Notes: generated by a model from the sequence alone, not told the origin. Shown: positions 26,680-37,258, counted from the stretch's first letter. The stretch: 64,000 nucleotides of DNA from an uncultured Clostridium sp. (GCA_900552555.1 URZW01000002.1:82002-146001); one strand, 5' to 3'. Numbers and translations: made by a program.

Positions 26680-27984
26680 ATGAATATTTTAGAGATTATA
26701 GAAAAAAAGAGAGAAAAACAAGAATTAACAAAAGAAGAAATTGAATATTTTGTGAAAGAATATGTAGAAGGAGAAGTAGCAGACTACCAAGCAGCAGCAC
26801 TAGTAATGGCAATATTTTTAAATGGAATGACAAAACAAGAAACAACAAATTTAACAATATCAATGGCACATTCAGGAGAAATATTAGACCTATCAAAATT
26901 AAACAAAACAATAGTAGACAAGCACTCAACAGGAGGAGTAGGAGACAAAGTATCAATCTGTTTATTACCACTAGTTGCATCACTTGGAGTACCAGTAGCA
27001 AAAATGTCAGGAAGAGGATTAGGATTTACAGGTGGAACAGTAGACAAAATGCAATCAATACCAGGTTACAAAACAGACATAGATATCAACAGTTTTATAA
27101 AAAATGTGGAAAACATTGGTATAAGCATGATTTCACAAACAATGAACTTAGCACCAGCAGACAAAAAACTATATGCACTAAGAGATAGTATTGCTTGTGT
27201 TGAAAGCATTCCATTAATAGCCTCAAGCATAATGAGTAAAAAAATAGCAAGTGGAGCAGAAAAAATTGTATTAGATGTAACGGTTGGAAAAGGTGCATTT
27301 ATGAAAAATATGAAAAATGCAGAATTACTTGCAAATGAAATGATAGAAATAGGAAAACTTGCAAACAGAGAAACAGTATGTGTTTTAACAAATATGAATG
27401 AACCACTTGGATTTGCAGTAGGAAATAATTTGGAAGTAATAGAAGCAATAAAATTTCTAAAAGGAGATATGCCAGAAGACTTAAAACAAGTAGTATTAGA
27501 ACTTGGAGCATACATGATAAAACTTGCAGGACTAGGTGAAAATTTAGAAGAAAACAAAAATAAAATGCTAGAAAATATATCAAATGGAAAAGCATTTAAC
27601 AAATTTGTAGAACTAGTAAAGAATCAAGAAGGAGATATTTCATATTTAGAAGACACTAATAAATTTGAAAAAGCAAAAATCATTGAACCAATTATTGCAA
27701 AACAAGATGGATATATACAAGAAATGAATGCAGAAGAAATTGGAAAAGTAGCTTGTGGGCTTGGAGCTGGAAGAGTAAAAAAAGAGGATAGCATAGATTA
27801 TGCTGTTGGAATAATTTTAAACAAAAAAGTAGCAGAAAAGGTAACAAACGGTGATATTATAGGATATATTCACGCAAATAACCAAGAAAAATATGAAGAA
27901 GCGGAAAGAAAATTAACAGAAATTATAAAAATAAGAGAAAAGAAAATTGAAAAAGAACAAACAATTTTTGGTATTTGCAAATAA
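26680..27984 (+). CDS. pdp: Pyrimidine-nucleoside (thymidine) phosphorylase
   Basis: Glycosyl transferase family 3 motifs (DKHSTGGVGDK, SGRGLGFTGGT). Confidence 0.9.
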   Translation: MNILEIIEKKREKQELTKEEIEYFVKEYVEGEVADYQAAALVMAIFLNGMTKQETTNLTISMAHSGEILDLSKLNKTIVDKHSTGGVGDKVSICLLPLVASLGVPVAKMSGRGLGFTGGTVDKMQSIPGYKTDIDINSFIKNVENIGISMISQTMNLAPADKKLYALRDSIACVESIPLIASSIMSKKIASGAEKIVLDVTVGKGAFMKNMKNAELLANEMIEIGKLANRETVCVLTNMNEPLGFAVGNNLEVIEAIKFLKGDMPEDLKQVVLELGAYMIKLAGLGENLEENKNKMLENISNGKAFNKFVELVKNQEGDISYLEDTNKFEKAKIIEPIIAKQDGYIQEMNAEEIGKVACGLGAGRVKKEDSIDYAVGIILNKKVAEKVTNGDIIGYIHANNQEKYEEAERKLTEIIKIREKKIEKEQTIFGICK

Positions 27985-28028
27985 GTTATTGAAATTAAAT
28001 ATATTTTAGTGCTATAATATTAAACAGA

Positions 28029-28062
28029 GATGTCCTTTTTGGGACGGTTCTGTTTGGGACAT
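28029..28062. repeat. Intergenic repeat family D, second copy (inverted)
   Basis: GATGTCCTTTTTGGGACGGTTCTGTTTGGGACAT is the reverse complement of 7645-7676. Confidence 0.7.
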
Positions 28063-28096
28063 TGTAAAAAAATTTAGTGACAATGAACAAAACAAA

Positions 28097-28279
28097 GTGA
28101 AGCGAAAGGAAGAAAAAAGTATGAAAAATAAAGAAAAAAATATTAAAGAGAAAAAAATAAAAAACAAAGAACAAAGAAAATATGATAAAGGACAAATATT
28201 TGTAAAAGTCATGGCAGGAATACTAGCAATGCTTATGGTTTTATCAGTAGCAGCATCATTAATATTTTCATTAATATAG
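28097..28279 (+). CDS. Small Lys-rich membrane protein (60 aa) upstream of cdaA
   Basis: Basic N-terminus plus a single TM. Weak support. Confidence 0.3.
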   Translation: MKRKEEKSMKNKEKNIKEKKIKNKEQRKYDKGQIFVKVMAGILAMLMVLSVAASLIFSLI

Positions 28280-28327
28280 AAAAAACAAAGTAAAAAATAA
28301 TTCTCAAAATTTGAGAGAAGGTGTAAT

Positions 28328-29266
28328 ATGGAAAAAAGTATAAGTAATAGTTGGATGAATTTTTATAATGAAAATATATTAAAAGGATTTCAAAATTTGA
28401 GTGAAAATCCATTTACCTTATTTACAACAATATTAGACTTAGTAATAGTGATATTCCTATTATATTGTTTTGTAAAAATGGTAAAAGGTTCAAGAGCATG
28501 GCAATTAATAAAAGGAATAGCATTTTTAATAATAGCAACATGGCTTAGTGGATTATTAAATTTAAAAATTTTAAACTCAATTTTAACAGGAATAATGAAT
28601 TGGGGAGTAATAGCAATAATAGTAATATTCCAACCCGAATTAAGAAGAGGGCTTGAACAATTAGGAACAAATAAATTTACAAAATTTTTTGGATTAGACA
28701 GTGACCTAGCAACAAAAACAAAAGAAGACATTTATAAAGTAGTTATAGCAGCTACGGAACTTTCAAAAACAAAAACAGGTGCATTAATAGTACTAGAAAG
28801 AGACATAAACATTCAAGACATAATAGCAACAGGGGTTCCAATGAATTCAGAAATATCTCCACAATTATTAGTAAATATATTTGTACCAAAAACACCCTTA
28901 CATGATGGAGCAGTTGTTATAAGTAATAACAAAATTGCAGCAGCAGCTTGCGTTTTACCGCTTTCTGATGACCAAGATATTGCGAAAGAATTAGGAACAA
29001 GACACAGAGCTGCTATAGGAATTTCAAAAGAATCTGATAGTATAGTTGTAGTAGTATCTGAAGAAACTGGAAAAATTTCTGTTGCAAAAGATGGAACTTT
29101 AATTGCAGATGTAAGGGAAGATACTTTAAAGAAAATACTGATAAGCAATATTGTTACTAAAAGATTTACACAAAAAAAGACAGTAAAAAATAAAAGAATT
29201 GAAAATTTAAAAAAGAGATTTAGTAAGAAATCAAAAATAGAAACAAAAGAAAATGAAAATAAATAA
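28328..29266 (+). CDS. cdaA: Diadenylate cyclase CdaA (DisA_N domain) with N-terminal TM helices and a Lys-rich C-terminal extension
   Basis: DAC-domain motifs GALIVLERD, LHDGAVVISNN, GTRHRAAIGISKESD. Confidence 0.85.
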   Translation: MEKSISNSWMNFYNENILKGFQNLSENPFTLFTTILDLVIVIFLLYCFVKMVKGSRAWQLIKGIAFLIIATWLSGLLNLKILNSILTGIMNWGVIAIIVIFQPELRRGLEQLGTNKFTKFFGLDSDLATKTKEDIYKVVIAATELSKTKTGALIVLERDINIQDIIATGVPMNSEISPQLLVNIFVPKTPLHDGAVVISNNKIAAAACVLPLSDDQDIAKELGTRHRAAIGISKESDSIVVVVSEETGKISVAKDGTLIADVREDTLKKILISNIVTKRFTQKKTVKNKRIENLKKRFSKKSKIETKENENK

Positions 29267-29270
29267 TGAA

Positions 29271-29300
29271 AGTCGCTCACAAGGCGGCTTTTATAAAATT
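29271..29300 (+). terminator. Rho-independent terminator (AGTCGC...GCGGCT + TTT)
   Basis: 6-bp stem with one G-U pair. Confidence 0.45.
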
Positions 29301-29441
29301 ATAGAAGTAAAGAGTATGTAAAGAGTGAACAATTATTACAAATTTATCTGTGTGCAGAAAAAATTTATTAACAAATATTTGTTTTCTTCATATTTGTTCT
29401 TTAGACAAAATGCATACATTAAGAAAGGAATATTACAAAAA

Positions 29442-30182
29442 ATGAGAAATATAAAATTAACAATAGAATATGATGGAAAAGACTTTAACGGCTGGCAGAA
29501 GCAACCAACAAAATTAAATATTCAAGGTACAATAGAACAAGCTATAAAAATAGTAACAGGCGAAGATGTTGATTTAATGGCATCAGGTAGAACAGATGCA
29601 GGCGTTCATGCATTTGGACAAGTTGCAAATTTTAAAACAAATTCAAATATTCCAATAGAAAAAATTCCAATAGCATTAAATTCAAATTTAAAAAAATCAA
29701 TAAGAATTATATCAGCAGAAGAAGTTGATGAACGCTTCCATAGTAGATTAACATGTAAAAGAAAAACATATAGATATGTTATAAATAATTCAGAATTTTC
29801 ATCAGCTATTTATAGAAATTTAGAAACCCACATACCACAAAAATTAGATGTAGAAAAAATGAAACATGCAGCAAAATATTTTGAGGGTGAACACGATTTT
29901 AAAGCATTTAAAGCAAGTGGAACAAGTAGTAAAAGTAGTGTTAGAACAATTTACAAAGCAGAAGTTTTTGAAATGCCAAATAACAGAATTTACATTGAAT
30001 TAACAGGAAATGGATTTTTGTATAATATGGTTAGAATTATTGCTGGTACATTAGTTGATGTTGGAACAGGAAAGATACAACCTGAAGATATAGAAAAAAT
30101 AATTGAGTCTAAAGACAGAAGCTTGGCTGGGAAAACATTGCAACCAAATGGATTGTATTTAGTTAAAGTAAATTATGAATAA
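29442..30182 (+). CDS. truA: tRNA pseudouridine(38-40) synthase TruA
   Basis: MRNIKLTIEYDGKDFNGWQKQ. Start taken at the ATG at 29442 rather than the upstream in-frame extension. Confidence 0.85.
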   Translation: MRNIKLTIEYDGKDFNGWQKQPTKLNIQGTIEQAIKIVTGEDVDLMASGRTDAGVHAFGQVANFKTNSNIPIEKIPIALNSNLKKSIRIISAEEVDERFHSRLTCKRKTYRYVINNSEFSSAIYRNLETHIPQKLDVEKMKHAAKYFEGEHDFKAFKASGTSSKSSVRTIYKAEVFEMPNNRIYIELTGNGFLYNMVRIIAGTLVDVGTGKIQPEDIEKIIESKDRSLAGKTLQPNGLYLVKVNYE

Positions 30183-30269
30183 TGAAAAAATTACATCATT
30201 AAGATATTATAATAAGTTAATCATAATAATTAAGATATTATTACATAGGTATTATTATAAATTAATATA

Positions 30270-30310
30270 AAAGACTAGAACATATAATTATAAAAAGTTC
30301 TAGTCTTTTA
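30270..30310. terminator. Bidirectional terminator (AAAGACTAGAAC...GTTCTAGTCTTT)
   Basis: 12-bp perfect stem between convergent truA and the XRE gene. Confidence 0.7.
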
Positions 30311-30544
30311 ATCGTCATCCAACTCATCAAACAAAGGACTATCATAAAAATCTTTTAGTTTTATATCAAGGCCTCGGCATATTCTAAGTATAGTCAATGT
30401 TTTGGGATTTATAAATTTTTTATTAACAATTCCTTCAAGTGTTGATTGTGTAATTCCACATATTGTTGAAAGCTTATTTATTGTGATATCTCGTTCATTA
30501 CAAAGTTCTACTATTCGATAACTAACAGCTGAAATTAAAGTCAT
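30308..30544 (-). CDS. XRE-family HTH regulator, divergent from adhesin-like gene A
   Basis: HTH_3 motif INKLSTICGITQSTLEGIVNKK. RBS AAGGTGG. Confidence 0.7.
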   Translation of the reverse strand: MTLISAVSYRIVELCNERDITINKLSTICGITQSTLEGIVNKKFINPKTLTILRICRGLDIKLKDFYDSPLFDELDDD

Positions 30545-30675
30545 TTTTCCACCTTCTTATGAAAAAAGTATATCAAAAAAATAAATATAAGATTAACTGT
30601 CTACAGGTGACAATAAAAAAAGTTATATAGTAAAATATTTGATAATATTAGAATAAAAACGAAGGAGAAGGTTTG

Positions 30676-32318
30676 ATGAAAAAGAAAAATATGCTGAAAA
30701 AAAGAATGGGATTACACTAGTAACTTTAGTAATAACAATTATTATTTTATTGTTACTTGCTGGAATTACAATTGCAACACTAGGAGGAGAAAATGGGTTA
30801 TTTGTTAAAGTAAAACAATCGAAAGAAAAATATTCAATATCAGAAGCAAAAGAAAAATTAGAATTAGCAATATCAACTTTACAAATTGAACAAGAGGGAA
30901 AAGGCGAAAATTTAAAAAAGGAAGATTTGCCAAAAATAAATGATGATGAAATAGATGTTAGGGATACATCCAATTTTCCAATTAAAGTAATATGTAACAA
31001 TTATGAATTTAACATAGACTCTAATTTTGTTGTTTCATATGTTGGAATAGCAAACGAAACAATTATTACATATACAACAGAACCAGAAGGTTATACCAAT
31101 AAAAATGAAATAAAGATATTAGTAAAAATAAAAAATTCCAAGGGAATAAAAACCATAGAATATCCTAATGATAACGATAAATTACTGGCAAATGGTCAAA
31201 CAGAAATAGGATTGGATTATAAGGTTACAGCAAATGGAACATATACTTTTAAAATAGTAGATAATGATAATAAAGAGACTAAAAAAGATATAGTTATTGA
31301 TAAAATTGATACAGTTGAACCAAAAGAATTTACACCAAGTATAGAAAATACAACAATGGAAGGATTTACAATAGTTGCAAATGCAGAAGACGGAGATGCA
31401 ACAAGAGAAAGTAGCAAAAGTGGAATAGAAAAATATGAATTTTATATTAACAATGTAAAATATGAAAGTGACACAAATAAATATATGGCAACTGGACTAA
31501 ATAAAAATACTAATTATAATGTATATGTAATTGCATATGATAAAGCTGGTAACAGTAAAAAATCAGAAGTAATTACTGCAAAAACATCATCTACATTACC
31601 TCCACCTGTGGCTAATATTACATTTAATGAAAATAATGCAACCAAAAAAGCTGCCGATTATCCATTATTAACAATGAGTGGAATGAAAAATTGTATTTTG
31701 GAACCTAATAAAGGAGAAGAAGTGACATTAGAAATTACAAGTAAAAAAAGTGATAATATAATTTATTATTATAGCGAAGATGGAGGAAATACCTGGAATG
31801 AATATACTCAGCCAGTAAAAATTAGTTATAATGGAGATAATTTAATAAAAGTAAAAAGTATGTACATTAATAATAATATAGAGTCAGAAGCTCAAGAGGT
31901 AAAAAAATATATATCATATGAAATTAATACAGAATGTACAGCATCAAATTCGTTAAAAAAAATCGCATATGATAAAAATATAAATTCCTATATGTCGATA
32001 TTATCATATGACGATATATATTTTAGAGTCAGTACAGAATGTTGGGGAAAGTATATAAATATTGACTGTAGCACACCGACACACGGATTTTATGGTTGGA
32101 TTTCATTGGGAAACAAAAATGGATTCTGGGATAATCCATTGGCTGGATACCTTGTAACTTTTACAGGGATAAGTGCACAAACACATTGTATTAGAAGTTT
32201 AAAGATACCAGAAAATTCTTTTTGGGGAGTATGTGAGGCAGGAACGTCTGGACAAGAGTTCAGGACATATGAAGTTTGGTGTGGAGAAGAAAATTTAACA
32301 GGGCAAATAAATAAATAA
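30676..32318 (+). CDS. Pilin-like large surface adhesin-like protein, paralog A (FN3-like domain, Cys-containing C-terminal domain). Currently out of frame at an A7 tract (30697-30703)
   Basis: ATG at 30676 with RBS AAGGAG. Adding one A gives MKKKNMLKKKNGITLVTLVITIIILLLLAGITI..., matching paralog B. About 270 aa at roughly 90% identity to B. FN3-like YNVYVIAYDKAGNSKKS. Confidence 0.6.
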
Positions 32319-32431
32319 CAAAAAGTAACCAAATCCAATAAAAAGCATAAAATATAGTAAAAACGATTAAAAATCAAAATTTTTAAACTTTATAGTTAAC
32401 CAAAAAAAGTTAACTTGAAAGGAGAAAAAGA

Positions 32432-33005
32432 ATGAACGCTTTACTAATATTTTTTGCTTTACCAATAGCAGTAATAATAATATCAATAGCACTACAAAAA
32501 ATCTTCAAATGTCCATTTTTAGTAGCAGCAATAATATTTGCAATATTCCTAATAGTAACATTTGTAATAGGAAATCTAAATTACTTAGTAGCAACAATAG
32601 CATATACAATACTAGCATTTATAACAGCAGTACTAACAAACATAATTTGCAGAATATTTAGAGAATTAGATAGGAGAGAAGGAGAAAGAGAATCAAGTTG
32701 TTGTAACAGAAGAAACAGAAATTCAAACAATAACAATAATGGAACACAACTATTATCAATAACTCGGAGACTGCTCAAACAACAATAATGGAAATTTATT
32801 AACAATAAGTAGTAATGGATGTAATGGAGTTGAAAATGACTTATTAACAATCAACACAAATTGTCCAAATAATAGCAATAATAACAGTTGTTCATGCAGT
32901 TGCAATACATCAAATGATTCAATAGCAGTTAGAGCAAATGTATTTCCAAATAATAATACAAATGGAAGAACGGGAAGTTTTTGTGGATGCTTTAGAAGAA
33001 GGTAG
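32432..33005 (+). CDS. Small 3-TM membrane protein with an Asn/Cys-rich repetitive C-terminal tail. The tail continues out of frame (+1) after the annotated stop at 32788
   Basis: ORF 32432-32788. Frame +1 from 32763-33005 encodes ...NNNNGNLLTISSNGCNG...CSCSC...CGC. 30-nt near-repeats encode NNG-x-LL-[ST]-I. Confidence 0.35.
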
Positions 33006-33273
33006 AAAATGTCGAATTTTGCGATGAAAAAATATTGCAAAGTTCGACATTTTGTAGTATTATATAAATACTTTAATTTTATTCAAATATTTATTCAAGG
33101 TCAAAAATCGATGACCAAAATTCCAAAAAATACAAAAAAGTAAAGAAGATGATTACAATAATAAAAGGAAATTAACTTTTAAATTAATATTGACAAAATC
33201 AAAAATGAATATTATAATAAAGGAGATGAAGTAATATAGAAATATTTACATATGGAGAGTATATAAAATATAG

Positions 33274-33693
33274 ATGTTTATTCAAAAAATGGTCAAAAAA
33301 AAAAGAAAGGATACAAATGAAATTATAGAAATATTAAACAAAGTAATTAAAAGTACTAAAGATGAAAATAAAGAAATGCTTAAAAGAATTATATTTATAG
33401 CTTTAGAAGAAAAGCTAGGATATAAGGAAACAATGGAAGTAATTGATAAAATAGATGGAGGTGAGGAAGAAATGTTAGCAATAGTAGATACAATACGCAG
33501 AGAAAATCAAATGTATATAAATATGGGAAGAAAAGAAGCAAAGAAAGAAGCAAAAAAAGAAATTAAAAACAAGCTATATAAAATAGCACAAAAGTTATTG
33601 GAAAGAAATACATCAAAAGAGGATGTAGCAGAAATAACAGGACTAAAAGAAAAAGAAATAGAAAAAGTATTAAAAATGGAGAAAATATTATAA
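33274..33693 (+). CDS. Rpn/YhgA-like (Transposase_31) C-terminal fragment
   Basis: KEDVAEITGLKEKEIEKVLK plus a Lys/Glu-rich helix matches the conserved C-terminal tail of Rpn-family proteins. The nuclease domain is absent. Confidence 0.4.
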   Translation: MFIQKMVKKKRKDTNEIIEILNKVIKSTKDENKEMLKRIIFIALEEKLGYKETMEVIDKIDGGEEEMLAIVDTIRRENQMYINMGRKEAKKEAKKEIKNKLYKIAQKLLERNTSKEDVAEITGLKEKEIEKVLKMEKIL

Positions 33694-33809
33694 AAAAACA
33701 CGAACAATGTAATTAGCCAAAAAGCCAAAGAACTACAAATAAAATTGCTTGATAATTTTACATTTTTATGTTAAACTAATAAATGCAAAACATTTTAGGA
33801 GGAATAAAA

Positions 33810-34706
33810 ATGTTAGAAATTATAGAAGATACACTAATAGATGCCATAAAACTATTACCATTTCTATTTATAACATATCTAATTATGGAATATATAGAAC
33901 ACAAAATGGGACATAAAACAAAAAAGGCAATAAAAAAATCAGGAAAATGGGGACCAATAATAGGAAGCATACTTGGAGCATTTCCACAATGTGGATTTTC
34001 AGTATCAGCAACAAATCTATATGCAGGACGAGTTATAACACTAGGGACACTAATAGCTGTATATCTATCTACATCAGATGAAATGCTACCAATATTTATA
34101 TCAGAAGCGGTTTCTCCAATAATAATATTAAAAATATTAGGAATAAAACTTATTATAGGAATGATAGCAGGAACAATAATAGACTTATTAGTACATATAA
34201 TAAAAAACAAAATAATAAAAAATAAAAAAATTGAAATAACAGTTGAAGAAGAAAATGATGAAGACGAAATAGGACATATGTGCGAAGAAGACCACTGTCA
34301 CTGTAATGAAAGTGGAATACTTAAATCAGCAATACATCATACATTAAGCATATTGTTATTTATAATAATAATAACATTTATTATAAATACAGTGGTACAC
34401 TTTGTAGGGGAAGAAACCATTGCAAGTTGGATATTAAATAAACCAGTAATTGGACCAATAATTGCATCACTAATAGGATTAATTCCAAACTGTGCGGCAT
34501 CAGTAATAATAACAAATATGTATTTAGAAAATGTTATTTCACTGGGAAGTATGATTTCAGGTTTATTAACAGGTGCAGGAGTTGGACTTGCAGTCTTATT
34601 AAAAACAAATAATAAAATTAAAGAAAATATAGGAATAATCACTTTATTATATGCAATAGGAGTTATATCAGGTATAATAATCGATTTAATAGGAATTGCA
34701 TTATAA
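33810..34706 (+). CDS. Two-repeat integral membrane permease (DUF318/ArsP-like) with a His/Cys-rich central loop (GHMCEEDHCHCNESG)
   Basis: Internal duplication with P-x-C motifs (FPQCGFSV, IPNCAASV) and an acidic/His/Cys loop. ATG at 33810 after AGGAGGAAT. Confidence 0.45.
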   Translation: MLEIIEDTLIDAIKLLPFLFITYLIMEYIEHKMGHKTKKAIKKSGKWGPIIGSILGAFPQCGFSVSATNLYAGRVITLGTLIAVYLSTSDEMLPIFISEAVSPIIILKILGIKLIIGMIAGTIIDLLVHIIKNKIIKNKKIEITVEEENDEDEIGHMCEEDHCHCNESGILKSAIHHTLSILLFIIIITFIINTVVHFVGEETIASWILNKPVIGPIIASLIGLIPNCAASVIITNMYLENVISLGSMISGLLTGAGVGLAVLLKTNNKIKENIGIITLLYAIGVISGIIIDLIGIAL

Positions 34707-34757
34707 TAAATCATAATAAAAAACTGCCAAAAGTAAATAACTAATGACAGTTTTTAT

Positions 34758-37064
34758 TTATTTATTCTTTTTATTTTTTAAATTAACTATAATAGCATCC
34801 TCATTATCAAATAAATAATTAGAATCTGTTGTATCAGTTTGAACAGGATTTATTTCATTTCTTTCATCAATAAAATCCAACTTTTTAGGATTGAATTTTT
34901 TTCTATTCAAACCATTTTCATTATCTTCAGTTTCAGTAGTAACACCATCGGAATATTTACCAAAATCATATATTTTTGTTTTTCTTGGTTCTTTATATTT
35001 AGATGCTAAATAATTAAATTTACCTGGACCAGCCATTGGTTTACCATTAGAACCTCTAATTTTATAAGCACAATCCTTTTGACCAAGAGTTTGTAATTTA
35101 CCAGGTTTAAAATATGGAGTAAATTTCCATTCAACACTACCATGTTTTGAATCATATTTCATCTTATCAAAATCAATAGAATTACCCATAGACCATTCTC
35201 TCTTTTGTCCAAATTCGCTACTCCACCATTCAAGTTCGCTAATTACTCCGCCACCTGTAAAGATTTTACTAGCGCAGTTTGATAATATAGTTTGTTTAGC
35301 GCCAGCTACATTTAATTGCTCAAGGTTTTGAGCAGATATAACAGTACCAACTTTATATTTCCTATACATTGTAAATATAGGTTCTGTTGCTTTACAAATA
35401 AAGTCAGGAAATTCATCAATGTATAAGAAGTTTGGAACTCTAGATTTTTCGCTTCCAGGTCTTCTTAAAACAGCATTTTGCATTGAAATTAAGAAGAATA
35501 GTCCAAATGCTTTATGGTTAGTAGCACCTAAATCACCACGTCTAGTACATATAAAAGTAATATCTCCATTTGCTAAAGACTCGTCAAAATTAATATTGTT
35601 ATGTCTATTACATAAGATATTTTTTACACCAGGAACACGTAGTAATCTATCAAGAATGTCTGCAACAACAGAAATGAATGTTTCTGTATTATGTTTGTTA
35701 GGAGCGTCTTTGTAAAAGTTATTTTTAAAATAAACAAGTTGAGTGTTGTATTTTTCTTTTAGCTCTTCGTCATGTTCTAGAATTTTACACATTTTTTCTA
35801 TTAAATCGAAGTTTGTAAACATTTTTAGCATATCTTCTAAATTAGGTAACATACCTTCGTTCATTTTAGGGTACATTTCTTTCAATAATATAGAAATGTT
35901 TTCGATGGCTTGAATTACTTGCAATTCCTTGAAAAGTTCATATTTTGAAATATCAACCATAGCTTTCATTACTGAAGAAATAGTAATTGCTATTTTATTT
36001 GTATCATCATAAACAAATGGATTTAAGCCAATTGAATTTTTATCAGAAGGATCAATGACATTATAAGTTAAACCAAAATTTTTACATACATCCATCATAT
36101 GGTCTGAAATTTCTCTATCAGGAGACATAACAGTTACACCACAATTTTTATAAGTGATTTCAGAAGTAGAATCTAAAATCATTTTTTTCATATATCCTTT
36201 ATAAACATCTTCATTTCCAGAAGTTGGTGTCAACATATTTAAATTAAAATTAGAATTTAAATACTCATTATCATATGGTTTTGTTAATGTAGCAATTCCT
36301 GTTTTTAAAGCAGTAAATCCCATTTCTTTTGCAACTTCTCTAAAGAAAAATTTTTTTTCTAAATCTCTAGCTATTAAAGGTTCATAAACTAAAGATGTTT
36401 TTCCAGAACCAGATGCACCACATACAAACATTGATTGATATCTTGAAGCTTCTGGAATTGTTATTTGTTGAGAAGTTTCACTATTTTGACATAGGTATAT
36501 ATCACATGTATATGGTCCATGACCTTGTTTTTTATCAGATAAATCAATTCCTGCATAATCCCAAATAGATTGTTTCATATCTTTACTATCATTTACACCA
36601 AAATACAAGAAATTAAATATCTTTGGAATAACAAGTACCGGTACTAAAATAGTTAAAGATGTTAAAGCTGGACGAACTAGATCAGAAAAATCTGTAACTA
36701 AATCAACATATCCAGGATTAAATACAAGTAGTAACCATGCCCCCATATTAAGCCATTGAGTAAACATAGAAATTGCAATTATACTCAAACCAATTACATA
36801 TATATAAAATAAAGTAACTTTTTTACTTTTGGTTGATGCAAATTCAGATGGAATTGAAAAAGCAAATGCTAACATAGGACATGCAAGTGCTATTGTATAT
36901 TGAAGTGGTCCCCAATATGAATAAGAAACACCTGTAAATAACATTAATAACATTTCAGTGATTCTGTCAACTGCTATGTATACAGTTATAAGTGTTAATA
37001 TATATGTGGCAAAAGTGTTTCTACTAACTCCTAGTTTTTTTAAAAAATTGTCTATTATTTTCAT
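34758..37064 (-). CDS. Membrane-embedded FtsK/HerA-superfamily P-loop ATPase resembling type IV secretion VirD4/TraG coupling proteins (or VirB4). About 5 N-terminal TM helices
   Basis: Walker A VCGASGSGKTS, Walker B FLYIDEFPDF, then the pattern R..KVGTVISAQNLEQL...ILSNCASKIF. Strong RBS AAAAGGGG. Confidence 0.5.
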   Translation of the reverse strand: MKIIDNFLKKLGVSRNTFATYILTLITVYIAVDRITEMLLMLFTGVSYSYWGPLQYTIALACPMLAFAFSIPSEFASTKSKKVTLFYIYVIGLSIIAISMFTQWLNMGAWLLLVFNPGYVDLVTDFSDLVRPALTSLTILVPVLVIPKIFNFLYFGVNDSKDMKQSIWDYAGIDLSDKKQGHGPYTCDIYLCQNSETSQQITIPEASRYQSMFVCGASGSGKTSLVYEPLIARDLEKKFFFREVAKEMGFTALKTGIATLTKPYDNEYLNSNFNLNMLTPTSGNEDVYKGYMKKMILDSTSEITYKNCGVTVMSPDREISDHMMDVCKNFGLTYNVIDPSDKNSIGLNPFVYDDTNKIAITISSVMKAMVDISKYELFKELQVIQAIENISILLKEMYPKMNEGMLPNLEDMLKMFTNFDLIEKMCKILEHDEELKEKYNTQLVYFKNNFYKDAPNKHNTETFISVVADILDRLLRVPGVKNILCNRHNNINFDESLANGDITFICTRRGDLGATNHKAFGLFFLISMQNAVLRRPGSEKSRVPNFLYIDEFPDFICKATEPIFTMYRKYKVGTVISAQNLEQLNVAGAKQTILSNCASKIFTGGGVISELEWWSSEFGQKREWSMGNSIDFDKMKYDSKHGSVEWKFTPYFKPGKLQTLGQKDCAYKIRGSNGKPMAGPGKFNYLASKYKEPRKTKIYDFGKYSDGVTTETEDNENGLNRKKFNPKKLDFIDERNEINPVQTDTTDSNYLFDNEDAIIVNLKNKKNK

Positions 37065-37258
37065 TATTTATTTGCCCCTTTTTATTAATTATATTTTATT
37101 TGAAATTTTATAATACTACATATCTATTATCCTATAAAATGAGGAAAAAAACAAGTATTTTTGGAAAAAAAGTACATAAATAGTTACTATAAAAGAATAA
37201 AAATCTAATAAACAACATATAATATTTAAAATTACATAAGAATAGGAGAGATGTGTTT

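Noticed and set aside
30623-31417. Minus-strand ORFs 30623-31000 and 31217-31417, with near-identical mirror ORFs 39062-39412 and 38606-38842 on the plus strand
   Set aside because: These are antisense frames of the duplicated adhesin 5' regions. Their similarity merely reflects the inverted duplication and is not independent coding evidence.
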